A DNA stretch of 52,394 nt from an uncultured Gammaproteobacteria bacterium. GTDB taxonomy: Bacteria > Patescibacteriota > Patescibacteriia > UBA1558 > 2-01-FULL-52-15. Below the pieces are notes generated by a model that was not told where the DNA came from, searched no databases, and saw only the letters and a list, made by a program, of their open reading frames with translations. The stretch lies in contig CAYHYG010000003.1 of NCBI GenBank assembly GCA_964360835.1, positions 1-52,394 on the forward strand, in the 5' to 3' direction. A program made the translations under genes and the position numbers. Shown here piece by piece: positions 24,034 to 32,911 of the stretch (within the stretch, counting starts at the first letter, position 1; each line of letters opens with the position of its first letter).

Positions 24034-24477
24034 CTAACATCCAACGTATGTACATCCTGAAGCAGCGCTACAGGTAATAGTACAGGTACCATTAGATGCC
24101 TGAAAGGAGAAGGTGCTATTCGGCTTGTCCGATATACATCCCGTAGCACCAGCCGCGCCGTAAGTAAATCCGTTACCTAAAATAACTGGCCAATTACCAA
24201 TATTGGCAACGCTACAGAATGATCCACCAGGAGTAATCGCAAGGCCGCTCGCTGCAACTGCTGGGCAGGTTGCTGCGGCTCCGTTTTGAATTACGCCGGT
24301 CGCATCATCCTGACAAATTACTAATCCCGGGATTACACCACTCAATGCAGCCTTGGCGGCAGCAATCTTGGCCTTATCACGAGCTGAGTTCAAGTTGACG
24401 ATGGCGATAGCTGAGAGAATACCGATAATAGCGATAACCACCAACAATTCGATCAAGGTAAAACCTTTTTTATTCAT
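24034..24477 (-). CDS. pilA: Type IV major pilin candidate
   Basis: MNKKG|[33 protein letters not shown] strong SD (GGGAGGTG) precedes the ATG, and the gene has its own promoter. 147 aa. Confidence 0.85.
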   Translation of the reverse strand: MNKKGFTLIELLVVIAIIGILSAIAIVNLNSARDKAKIAAAKAALSGVIPGLVICQDDATGVIQNGAAATCPAVAASGLAITPGGSFCSVANIGNWPVILGNGFTYGAAGATGCISDKPNSTFSFQASNGTCTITCSAASGCTYVGC

Positions 24478-24582
24478 GAAGTCACCTCCCTTCCTTGTTC
24501 GCCTTATTGATGGCTAGAATCCTGAGCTCAGATACTTCGATTCTAGGCATGTTTGGCGGAATTACTTATTAACAATGTCATT

Positions 24583-24588
24583 ATTATA
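24583..24588 (-). promoter_or_regulatory. Extended -10 promoter (TGCTATAAT) for the major pilin gene
   Basis: The minus strand reads CTGTCAACTAACTGTGCTATAATAATG, about 105 nt upstream of the ATG at 24477. Confidence 0.45.
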
Positions 24589-24681
24589 GCACAGTTAGTT
24601 GACAGTTGTCCCACTTGTAGGTCACGGTCGCCCCGCTTCGCCAAGGCTCTGCGAGGCGAGGACCTGCCCCTACGTTCATTT

Positions 24682-25890
24682 TTATTGAAAACTCCGCGCC
24701 AACTCCATCATCGGCACCATGACCGCGCCGACCATGAAAGCCACACCCACGCCTAAAGTCACTAGAATTATCGGCTCAATCAGTGAGGTCAAGGTCGAGA
24801 CTAAGGTTGTGACTTCACGATCATAAAAATTACCCAAACGTTCCAGGATTTCGTCCAGCTTACCAGTCTGCTCACCCACAGCCATCATCTCCGTGACAAT
24901 CTTTGGTATCAGACGACTCTCGGCCGTAACGGTAGTAATAGAATTACCATCCTGCACTTCCTTGATAGTTTGGACCAGTACTTCACGATAGGCAGCATTA
25001 TCGACTACCTCACTGGTAATCTCCAAAGCCGTACCAATAGGCACGCCGCCTTTGATCAGAGTAGCCAGACTGCGTGTCAGACGCACCAGGATAACCTTAT
25101 TCAGAATCAAGCCGAAAACGGGAACTTTCAAGATGATCCGACTCCAGACATCTCGACCTGATTTGGTCGCTGTATAGGCACGGAGTAGAGCTATGACACC
25201 GACAAATATGACCGGTATTGTCCACCAATAAATAGTCATAAAATCACTGATCTGAATCAGGATACGAGTGGCGATGGGCAACTCTCCTCCGCTTTCTTTC
25301 AATAAATTGGCAATATTGGGGATAACGTAGACCATCATAACGATACCCACGGCAATCATAACTAAAACGATGATAGCCGGATAAATCATAGCACCACGAA
25401 TACGGTTGACCAGATCATAATCTTTTTCCATCTGATCGGCTAGATAATTCAAAACTTCGTCCAGACGTCCGCTAGTCTCTCCGGAATGAATCATAGCTAC
25501 AAAAAACCGACTGAAAACTTTGGGATGACGACCAAACGCCTGAGACATAGGAAGACCGCCATCGACATCATCTGCCATTTGTTTGGCCACATCGCGTATC
25601 TGTGACGAATCTGTCTGCTGAGACAAAACTCTCAGAGCCGGCACGATCGGCACCGTAGCCTGAACCATGACCGCTAGCTGTCGGGCAAAAATTACAATAT
25701 CCTTCATACGCGGGCCACCGATATTGATATTACGAAAATTTCGATGGACGCCTCTGACCTGATGCAGTCGTACCACTACCAAACCACGATCAGACAGGAC
25801 CTCATTGGCCGCAGTTATAGTAGAGGCTTCGACGGTCCCTTGAGAAACTTGTCCAATGGGGCTGACTGCTTTGTAACGATATAACGCCAT
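24682..25890 (-). CDS. pilC: Type IV pilus platform protein (GspF/PilC family)
   Basis: 402 aa with two T2SSF repeats and three TM segments. Confidence 0.9.
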   Translation of the reverse strand: MALYRYKAVSPIGQVSQGTVEASTITAANEVLSDRGLVVVRLHQVRGVHRNFRNINIGGPRMKDIVIFARQLAVMVQATVPIVPALRVLSQQTDSSQIRDVAKQMADDVDGGLPMSQAFGRHPKVFSRFFVAMIHSGETSGRLDEVLNYLADQMEKDYDLVNRIRGAMIYPAIIVLVMIAVGIVMMVYVIPNIANLLKESGGELPIATRILIQISDFMTIYWWTIPVIFVGVIALLRAYTATKSGRDVWSRIILKVPVFGLILNKVILVRLTRSLATLIKGGVPIGTALEITSEVVDNAAYREVLVQTIKEVQDGNSITTVTAESRLIPKIVTEMMAVGEQTGKLDEILERLGNFYDREVTTLVSTLTSLIEPIILVTLGVGVAFMVGAVMVPMMELARSFQ

Positions 25891-25899
25891 GAATCTATC

Positions 25900-26973
25900 T
25901 TATTGCTTAACCATTAGCTGGAGACCGTTAGGGTCTACGGCATATTTGGACGCCTGGTCTAGCGACAGAATACCTGCTTTGACCAGGTCAGCCAAACTAC
26001 GATCCAGAGTAATCATACCATCCTGACGCGAAGTCATCATCACATTGCTCAGTTGGAAAAAATTACCGTCACGCAGAACGTTACGCACCGCGCCATTCAT
26101 AGTCAAAATGCCAGAAACAAGCTGCAAACTGTTATCAGATTTGGGGACTAAGCGCTGATTGGTCATGATCAGGAGATGCTCCGAGATAATATCCTTGGCC
26201 CACTGCTGCTCCGATGGAGGTATCAGACCCATGAATGACTCCAGAGTCGTGGATATAGACAGACCATTCAAAACCACCAACACCAATTTACCACCCTCGA
26301 CCGCCTGCAATATTGCTACTTCCTCAGCCGCTTCATTGACATGAGCTACCACGATGACATCGACATCAGCATCTACCGCTTCATGAAGTCCGTCGATGAA
26401 AGACGGCACATCAGTACCGACCTGACGCTGATGAATGACTGATTTATTATTGACCAACTGATATTCAATTGGTTGTTCTAAAGTTAAAATGTGTCGACTT
26501 TGTGTCTGGTTGACATATTCCACCAGACTAGCCGCAGTGGTCGAACGTCCAGAATTATACGGTCCAGAGATAAAGATCAACCCTTTGGTCTTGGCCATAG
26601 CAGCGATCAACATTGGTGAGATCTGTAGCTCCTTGGGCAAAAGTAATCTTGGCGGTATCACCCGTAAAGATAAAGACATATATCCACGTTGATAAAATAC
26701 CTGGGCTCGGAATCTAGCCCGATCAGCCCAAGTATAGACCGTGGCCACCTCGCGCTGTCGTTGTAAGGCTTCGTTTTCTGCAGGAGACAAAAAAGATTCT
26801 GCCACAGTATTCAGGACATCAGGTGTCAAAATCTGATCCTGGGTGGCTGTCACCAGCTGACCATTGATGCGATAGACCGGATAATTGCCGACGGTCAAGT
26901 GAATATCAGTGGCCTTGCGCTCCAGAGCGTCGTTCAGAATTTTATTCAGCAGTAAGCTGGTGGTGGTGCTCAT
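25900..26973 (-). CDS. pilT: Type IV pilus retraction ATPase
   Basis: 357 aa. Walker A GPYNSGRSTT, TLEQPIEY, and PilT-like length and layout. Confidence 0.85.
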   Translation of the reverse strand: MSTTTSLLLNKILNDALERKATDIHLTVGNYPVYRINGQLVTATQDQILTPDVLNTVAESFLSPAENEALQRQREVATVYTWADRARFRAQVFYQRGYMSLSLRVIPPRLLLPKELQISPMLIAAMAKTKGLIFISGPYNSGRSTTAASLVEYVNQTQSRHILTLEQPIEYQLVNNKSVIHQRQVGTDVPSFIDGLHEAVDADVDVIVVAHVNEAAEEVAILQAVEGGKLVLVVLNGLSISTTLESFMGLIPPSEQQWAKDIISEHLLIMTNQRLVPKSDNSLQLVSGILTMNGAVRNVLRDGNFFQLSNVMMTSRQDGMITLDRSLADLVKAGILSLDQASKYAVDPNGLQLMVKQ

Positions 26974-27362
26974 GATTGACTAATAATCTTTTTGATCCTT
27001 TCCACCACCTCTGACGGTACGAAATGCGCCTTGATCAGATAATCTTCCGCTCCCAGATTGAGGCATCTATCAATGTGTTCCTTTTGACCATAGTTAGTCA
27101 GGACTAATACGGGTATCGACTTGGTCTCAGGATTTTTCTTTAACTCTTCCAAAACCTGGAAGCCGTCCATAATCGGCAAATTTAGATCCAAAAGTATCAG
27201 ATCTGGTCTTTCTTTGGTGGCCATTTTTAGACCCTTAGCGCCGTCCGTGGCCATAAAAACGACATAATTTTCTATCTCCAATTTGGTCGCATACATCTGC
27301 ACCAAAAAGTCGTCGTCTTCGACAATGAGAATTTTTTTTGATTCTGCCATAGTGTTATTCAT
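26970..27362 (-). CDS. CheY-like single-domain response regulator
   Basis: ILIVEDD...DLILLDLNLP..DG...T.. K. 130 aa. ATGA overlap with pilT. Confidence 0.85.
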   Translation of the reverse strand: MNNTMAESKKILIVEDDDFLVQMYATKLEIENYVVFMATDGAKGLKMATKERPDLILLDLNLPIMDGFQVLEELKKNPETKSIPVLVLTNYGQKEHIDRCLNLGAEDYLIKAHFVPSEVVERIKKIISQS

Positions 27363-29099
27363 TTATAATTCACTTTCGCTGGCACGTAACACTTCCTCCA
27401 AAGTGGTGATACCTAGCAATGATTTGATAATGCCGTCTTGCTCCATGCTGATGAAATGCTGATCCTCCAGCTCCTTCTGCACGTCGGACATTTTGAATCC
27501 AGTAGCTATCAGCTCACGCATCTTGCGGGATACATTGATAGCCTCGACAATAGCGATACGCCCGCGATAGCCGACATCACCGCATCTACTACAACCTTTG
27601 CCATGAAAAAATCTCAAAGGATCACTCTTTTTGATGCCGCCATAAAATGAGGCCTCGGGAATACCGACTACTCGATTCTTTATTTTTTGCACAATTTCTG
27701 GCGATATAGCTATTTCCTCTCGGCAATTATCACAGATGCGCCTGACCAGACGTTGCGCGATTATCAGATTCAAAGTCGACGATAAGAGGAACGGCTCAAC
27801 TTTCATGTCAAACAAACGCGGGACAGCGCCTAGAGCACTATTGGTGTGCAATGTTGATAGTAAAAAATGTCCGGTCAAGGCCGCTTGAATAGCTAGACTA
27901 GCTGTCTCACGGTCGCGAATTTCTCCGACCATCATAATATCCGGATCTTGACGTAGGAGTGACCGCAGACCAGTAGCAAAGTTGAAGCCAACCTCCGGAC
28001 GAATCTGTGACTGATTGACGCCTTTAATAAAATACTCGACCGGATCTTCCAGCGTTGTAATATTGATCGCCTCACGGTTAATACGATCCAAGACAGAATA
28101 GAGCGTGGTAGATTTGCCAGAGCCAGTCGGTCCAGTCACCAAAAACATGCCGTTCGGTTTTTCTATGTTTGCCTCTGTTATCTCCCCTTGGATTCCCATA
28201 TAACCCAGATCTGCCAGAGTCGGCGCCTTATCTGGCGTGGCCAGGATACGCATAACGACTTTTTCTGTATTTACCAGTGGAATAGTAGAAATACGAAAAT
28301 CAACATCGCGCTTGTGCACCTGTAGACGGATACGACCGTCTTGCGGAGCTCGCGTCTCGTCAATTTTGAGATTGGCCATAACTTTGATACGAGAGATCAG
28401 GGCGGCGTGAACATAGATAGGCAACACAATGGTGGTATGCAAGATTCCGTCAATACGATAGCGTACTCGACTCTGGTCACCGACCGGTTCTATATGGATA
28501 TCAGAAGCACGACCTTCAATGGCATGACGCAAAATAACAGAAATAATCTTGGTGACTGGCGCACTCTTGATAACTTCATCCACATCTTCACCCTGTTCAT
28601 CACGCGGAGCAAAGATTTCTTCAGCCACGCCCAAGGCCTCGCCTACCTCTTCACCCAAGGATTCATACTGCTTGGTAGAGGCGCGGTAGCTGTCAGCCGA
28701 TATTAAATAATACTTAGCACGCAAACCCAATTTGCGTGCCACAAATTCTACTGCTTCGATGGCTTTCAAGTTTGACGGGTCTATCATACCGACTTCCAGA
28801 TCCTCCCTAGTCTTGGCAAAAACCACCATCTGATAATTTTCAGCCAAATCACGTGGTAGATTGTTCAACACCGTGGAGCCGATAAGCTTACCGACCAAAT
28901 TGATGTAAGAAACATTTAATAGCAATGCCTTATATTCGGTCCACTGTTCCTCGGACATTTTTATCACGCCACGGACAATACGCTCCATCTCTGCCACCGT
29001 GGTCGGTGTCTGGGTGGATAAAAGACGTAATTGGCCCTGATCCAAGAGATGATCAGCGGCCAGTCGTTGTAGTAGCTCTTGATAACGACTATTGGGCAT
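27363..29099 (-). CDS. pilB: Type IV pilus assembly ATPase (GspE/PilB family)
   Basis: 578 aa. Walker A GPTGSGKSTT, tetracysteine motif CDNC...CSRC, and an N-terminal T2SSE_N-like region. Confidence 0.9.
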   Translation of the reverse strand: MPNSRYQELLQRLAADHLLDQGQLRLLSTQTPTTVAEMERIVRGVIKMSEEQWTEYKALLLNVSYINLVGKLIGSTVLNNLPRDLAENYQMVVFAKTREDLEVGMIDPSNLKAIEAVEFVARKLGLRAKYYLISADSYRASTKQYESLGEEVGEALGVAEEIFAPRDEQGEDVDEVIKSAPVTKIISVILRHAIEGRASDIHIEPVGDQSRVRYRIDGILHTTIVLPIYVHAALISRIKVMANLKIDETRAPQDGRIRLQVHKRDVDFRISTIPLVNTEKVVMRILATPDKAPTLADLGYMGIQGEITEANIEKPNGMFLVTGPTGSGKSTTLYSVLDRINREAINITTLEDPVEYFIKGVNQSQIRPEVGFNFATGLRSLLRQDPDIMMVGEIRDRETASLAIQAALTGHFLLSTLHTNSALGAVPRLFDMKVEPFLLSSTLNLIIAQRLVRRICDNCREEIAISPEIVQKIKNRVVGIPEASFYGGIKKSDPLRFFHGKGCSRCGDVGYRGRIAIVEAINVSRKMRELIATGFKMSDVQKELEDQHFISMEQDGIIKSLLGITTLEEVLRASESEL

Positions 29100-29131
29100 G
29101 GTTTTTTAAAATAAAAAATTACCTGACATTA

Positions 29132-29554
29132 TTATTCTAGTTTTTTTAAGTAATCCTCAAAAGTCGTGACTTCACACTCCTCAGCAAATTTTAAAACCTC
29201 ATCACATATATTCTTACTGTAATCGAGCGGCAGAAAAGGGTTTGTCTTTTGACCATACTCATCCGGACGAATATCCACTGGTATCAGCGCCTGCCCCGAC
29301 AAGCTGATAAAACGATTATCCTCCCAGAGCTTTTTCCAAGCTGAATTTTGACTGTCCAGCTTTCGATAGGAACTTTGAGTTTGATTATCAATTACCTGTG
29401 CTTGCGTCAGGCCGGCAGCAGCTTGACTCGGACCAGCCGGAGTGGGCAAAAACGTAACATACTGCGGCGCAAAAAAATTGAAGTATAAAAAGACTCCAGA
29501 GATCAAAAACATCACTATAGAAGCTGACAATAAAATTTTATCTTTATTACTCAT
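29132..29554 (-). CDS. PilP-like small membrane-anchored pilus assembly protein
   Basis: TM segment ILLSASIVMFLISGVFLYF and a KTNPFLP motif reminiscent of the PilP xDPFxP. ATG at 29554; the track start is TTG. Confidence 0.4.
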   Translation of the reverse strand: MSNKDKILLSASIVMFLISGVFLYFNFFAPQYVTFLPTPAGPSQAAAGLTQAQVIDNQTQSSYRKLDSQNSAWKKLWEDNRFISLSGQALIPVDIRPDEYGQKTNPFLPLDYSKNICDEVLKFAEECEVTTFEDYLKKLE

Positions 29555-30338
29555 TTGATCCCGGTCCTGATTGATTAGTCTTATTTTGATTTTGAACTTC
29601 TTCGGCAATTGTATCCTTGATCGCCGTCAGTAATGGTGAGCGATAATAGGTAACCAAAACAATATTGAAACTGCTGATAGTCTCATCCTCTGCATTGAGA
29701 CCACTGAAATTTATACTTTGAATGTTGTATAAACGCAGGTTCTTTTCCAAAGACTCCAGATAGGCTTTAAATTGGTTATAGGTACCACTGCCAAGCTGAA
29801 TATTTACCGTCAAAAGATAGACATCTTTGGGTAATGATCCCAGGGCTATTTCGCTAGCTGATTGCGCTTGCTCAGCTGACGGTTCCTGACGGTTCTCCAA
29901 CGGTCTTTCTGATGATTCCGTGATATCGACGGACTGTAATTCAAAATTGTGCAACTTAGCCAGATATTCGGCCTGGGCAAATAAACCAGGATAATCCGGC
30001 TGATCTGGCAAAGCTTTTTTCAAGAAATCTAGATCCGACTGACGTGTAATTTTTAATTGGGAAAATTTTCTATCCAAATCTTTCAACCGTGTCTCGATTT
30101 TCTCCATAGTTTCCAGAGTGCTGCGTCGCTCCGGTAGAAAACTCTGCTGTTGATCAATGACTTCAGTAAACTTCGGTCCCAAAACTAGGAAATAAGCCAG
30201 TAAAAATACAGTCAAAAATATCATGGTGACAATCCATGGTAAAAATTGATTCAATAACTGCAAAGCTGGTCCGACATTTTCAAGCTGTCGAGCTCGTTGT
30301 TGCAAAACGCTGGTCGGTTTTTGATTATTGGTTGGCAT
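29547..30338 (-). CDS. pilO: PilO-like pilus assembly protein
   Basis: Single TM segment WIVTMIFLTVFLLAYFLVL followed by a coiled coil and an alpha/beta domain. The likely ATG is at 30338. Confidence 0.55.
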   Translation of the reverse strand: MPTNNQKPTSVLQQRARQLENVGPALQLLNQFLPWIVTMIFLTVFLLAYFLVLGPKFTEVIDQQQSFLPERRSTLETMEKIETRLKDLDRKFSQLKITRQSDLDFLKKALPDQPDYPGLFAQAEYLAKLHNFELQSVDITESSERPLENRQEPSAEQAQSASEIALGSLPKDVYLLTVNIQLGSGTYNQFKAYLESLEKNLRLYNIQSINFSGLNAEDETISSFNIVLVTYYRSPLLTAIKDTIAEEVQNQNKTNQSGPGSNE

Positions 30339-31614
30339 TGGAAGTCTTATAGTAAAGAAGCGGATTGATAACCAAATCAATGGTAAAATTGACACCACTC
30401 TCATTGCTACCACTCATCTGATTGACCGAAGCTGACAGCACGAAGCTTAAAGCTTCCGGTTGCTGCAATAATTTCACCTGTTTGGCCGCCGTCAGGTAGT
30501 CAGGTGCATGAGCGCTAAAGCTCATGACTCCATTCAAGCCAGCAGTAACCCCATCAAAGTAAACATCAGCTAAGGTAAATCGCTCCAAAGCGGCAAAAAA
30601 ATTGGTCCAGTAGACATGCTGATTTATCAGCATCTGCATATCTTTGATAGTCGTCTCAGTTTGCGCCAAATCATCACGAAGCACTTCAAATCTGGCAATC
30701 CTTTGCTGGACAGTGGCGATCTGATCGTCTAGGGCGCTGCGTTGATTTTGTAACCTATCTCCCCACCACCAGAGCCCGCCGTAGAGAGCGGCTGAAATAA
30801 TCAAAGCGCCCAAAAATGACCAAATAGCGATCATGGTTACTTGTTGCCAGTTGCGCATTCGGAATGAGGTCGGTATCAGATTTACAGCAAAGCCCCTGCC
30901 ATTATCCTTATGGTTAAATGACATTGGCCAATGGAATGGCTGATGAGATTTATGCTCACCATCAGGTTTCGGCGCTTCGGGAGGAGTCACTATGTTCGGT
31001 TGGCTTAACACAGATTCTGGAGCTGGGGGCGTCAGATCTGCCGGAGCTATGGGTAACGGCTCGGAAACGGGCGGTTCTGGAATCACAGGAGTAGATGGTA
31101 TTGGTGCGCTTGGTCGTTCGATTTTTATCGTCGACTGATCATAGATATCCGGCAGAGCCACTGTAGAGGTGCCACCGATTTTTCCTCGTTGCGCCGCGTT
31201 GACCAGATCATTATCATTGGACGGCAAATTGACCGCTGGTTTCTGTAAGACGTCCTCGATAATAGTTTTTTTCAATATTTCTTCTTTGGCCTGTTCCAGC
31301 TCTTGTTGTTCGCGCCGACGATCCTTGAGAATACGGAAAATCAATCGCGGTTTCTTGGTTTTCACTTCTGATGTCTCAACTGCTTTCTCAGACGCTTTTT
31401 TTTCTCTCTTGAACCAGGAGAACCAAGAAAACCAAGGCACCTTACCTTCATGCTTCTCCAAGACTTCGCGTTTGGGAATACGTAGTTCAGGATCAGCTGA
31501 ACCAGTGTGCTTCAAGAGAGAACTCTCACGCCGACGCAAATCTTCCGGCAAGAGGTTGATACCTTTCCCTTGATCTTTGTCTTTATCTTCTGATGTATTC
31601 CAAGAATCTGCCAT
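30325..31614 (-). CDS. pilN: PilN-like pilus assembly protein with a ~230-aa insertion
   Basis: N-terminal INLLPEDL PilM-binding motif, then a Lys/Glu/Pro-rich region (WFSWFSWF, PxP runs), TM segment VTMIAIWSFLGALIISAALYGGLWWW and a coiled coil. ATG at 31614. Confidence 0.65.
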   Translation of the reverse strand: MADSWNTSEDKDKDQGKGINLLPEDLRRRESSLLKHTGSADPELRIPKREVLEKHEGKVPWFSWFSWFKREKKASEKAVETSEVKTKKPRLIFRILKDRRREQQELEQAKEEILKKTIIEDVLQKPAVNLPSNDNDLVNAAQRGKIGGTSTVALPDIYDQSTIKIERPSAPIPSTPVIPEPPVSEPLPIAPADLTPPAPESVLSQPNIVTPPEAPKPDGEHKSHQPFHWPMSFNHKDNGRGFAVNLIPTSFRMRNWQQVTMIAIWSFLGALIISAALYGGLWWWGDRLQNQRSALDDQIATVQQRIARFEVLRDDLAQTETTIKDMQMLINQHVYWTNFFAALERFTLADVYFDGVTAGLNGVMSFSAHAPDYLTAAKQVKLLQQPEALSFVLSASVNQMSGSNESGVNFTIDLVINPLLYYKTSNANQ

Positions 31615-31615
31615 A

Positions 31616-32794
31616 TTAAACAATATCTTTCATAGCTAAACCAATAGCCGAAGCCATGTGCGGAGCCATACTGTCGAGCACCGGCTTCAAATCTAATGGA
31701 TAAATAACACGATCCCAAGGATTGCCGATAATAGTCTGGATCTTGACATTATTATATATATATTCGGTCAAATGCGGTAGGAAGGCCGAACCACCAGATA
31801 AAATTATTTTTTCTACCTTCAGCGTTCCTTGATTTTGATATAATTCGCTGACGTATTTAATTTCATTCATTATTGGATCCAGACTGGCGGATATTGTCTG
31901 TGGAATGCCTTTACTGGGATCACCGACCATGACACCAAAATCAATTTTAAATTGTTCCGCTCGTTCAAAGGTAACGTTGAGACTGTTCATGATCGACTTA
32001 GTAATGGTATATCCCCCGATATCAATGCCGCGGTTTAAGATTGGCACTCCTTTCTCAATAATGACAATGTCCGTCGACAATGAACCAATATCGACAATCA
32101 TTGAAGTGGTCAGGTCATTACCGATAAGCGAGCGAGACAAAGCGAAAGCTTCTGTCTCCAAGCTCAGAAGTGTCAGGTTGGCCTGTCGAAATATCTCAAT
32201 ATAGCTAGCTACCAGATTCTTGGGCGCAGCAGTCAATAATAAGCGTATAGTATCTTTGGAGCTTTTGCCCGCGGCTTTGGCTAGGGCTTTCTGTTCGGCT
32301 GCCATTTCCTCTTCCTGAGCCTTTTTCAGCTCCTCAGGACTCTTGGCTTGCTCTTTTTTCTTACGAAAAAGTGATCCAAGATCACGACTTAAAGGATTGG
32401 TACTGAGTTGAGCGTCACCGGCTTCCGATAGCACCTCCCAGTCAAGTATCATCTCCTCCAGTGGTAGTGGAATAAATTTTTTGGCTTCCCATCTGACGGC
32501 TGCCGCCAGATCTTTGCGCGACATTTTGGGTAAGCTGATGATGGAATTAAAAACGGCGAAGGTAGGTAAGGCAGCTACGCAGTTGGTGGTGGTGACACGT
32601 GATTTTCGGACAAGCTCAGCCAGAATTCGCGCAGTTTTCTCTTGGTTAACTGCTGAATTACTCTTGATCATATCAGTCTGAACTTCAGCCACACCGTAGG
32701 TTACGAGGGCTGGTTGCTTATTCTGATCAGCTAATTCAACAATTTTTATGGCCGATGTGCCGATATCTACTCCTAAAAAGCTCTTTTTTGCCAT
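31616..32794 (-). CDS. pilM: PilM actin-like pilus assembly ATPase
   Basis: 392 aa. FLGVDIGTSAIKIVEL and DIGSLSTDIVII actin-fold phosphate motifs. Confidence 0.85.
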   Translation of the reverse strand: MAKKSFLGVDIGTSAIKIVELADQNKQPALVTYGVAEVQTDMIKSNSAVNQEKTARILAELVRKSRVTTTNCVAALPTFAVFNSIISLPKMSRKDLAAAVRWEAKKFIPLPLEEMILDWEVLSEAGDAQLSTNPLSRDLGSLFRKKKEQAKSPEELKKAQEEEMAAEQKALAKAAGKSSKDTIRLLLTAAPKNLVASYIEIFRQANLTLLSLETEAFALSRSLIGNDLTTSMIVDIGSLSTDIVIIEKGVPILNRGIDIGGYTITKSIMNSLNVTFERAEQFKIDFGVMVGDPSKGIPQTISASLDPIMNEIKYVSELYQNQGTLKVEKIILSGGSAFLPHLTEYIYNNVKIQTIIGNPWDRVIYPLDLKPVLDSMAPHMASAIGLAMKDIV

Positions 32795-32844
32795 GCAAAA
32801 TGCAGTTGGGTATTAAATAATTTTTCTGCTGTAATGACAACCAA

Positions 32845-32883
32845 AATGTGTTGTTCACATTCCTAGAGAACAGATAAATTATA
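32845..32883 (-). promoter_or_regulatory. pilM promoter (extended -10 TGGTATAAT, 32878-32886) plus downstream 6-5-6 palindrome AATGTG-N5-CACATT (32845-32861)
   Basis: The minus strand reads TTTATGGTATAATTTATCTGTTCTCTAGGAATGTGAACAACACATTTTGG. Confidence 0.4.
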
Positions 32884-32911
32884 CCATAAACTGTCGTAAT
32901 TCGGTAGAGAT

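Noticed and set aside
23961-24149. N-terminal 63-aa extension of the second pilin ORF (track 23499..24149).
   Set aside because: It overlaps the 3' end of the upstream pilin gene in another frame. The canonical MKGVSTKG|FTLIELL start at 23960 fits all other prepilins.
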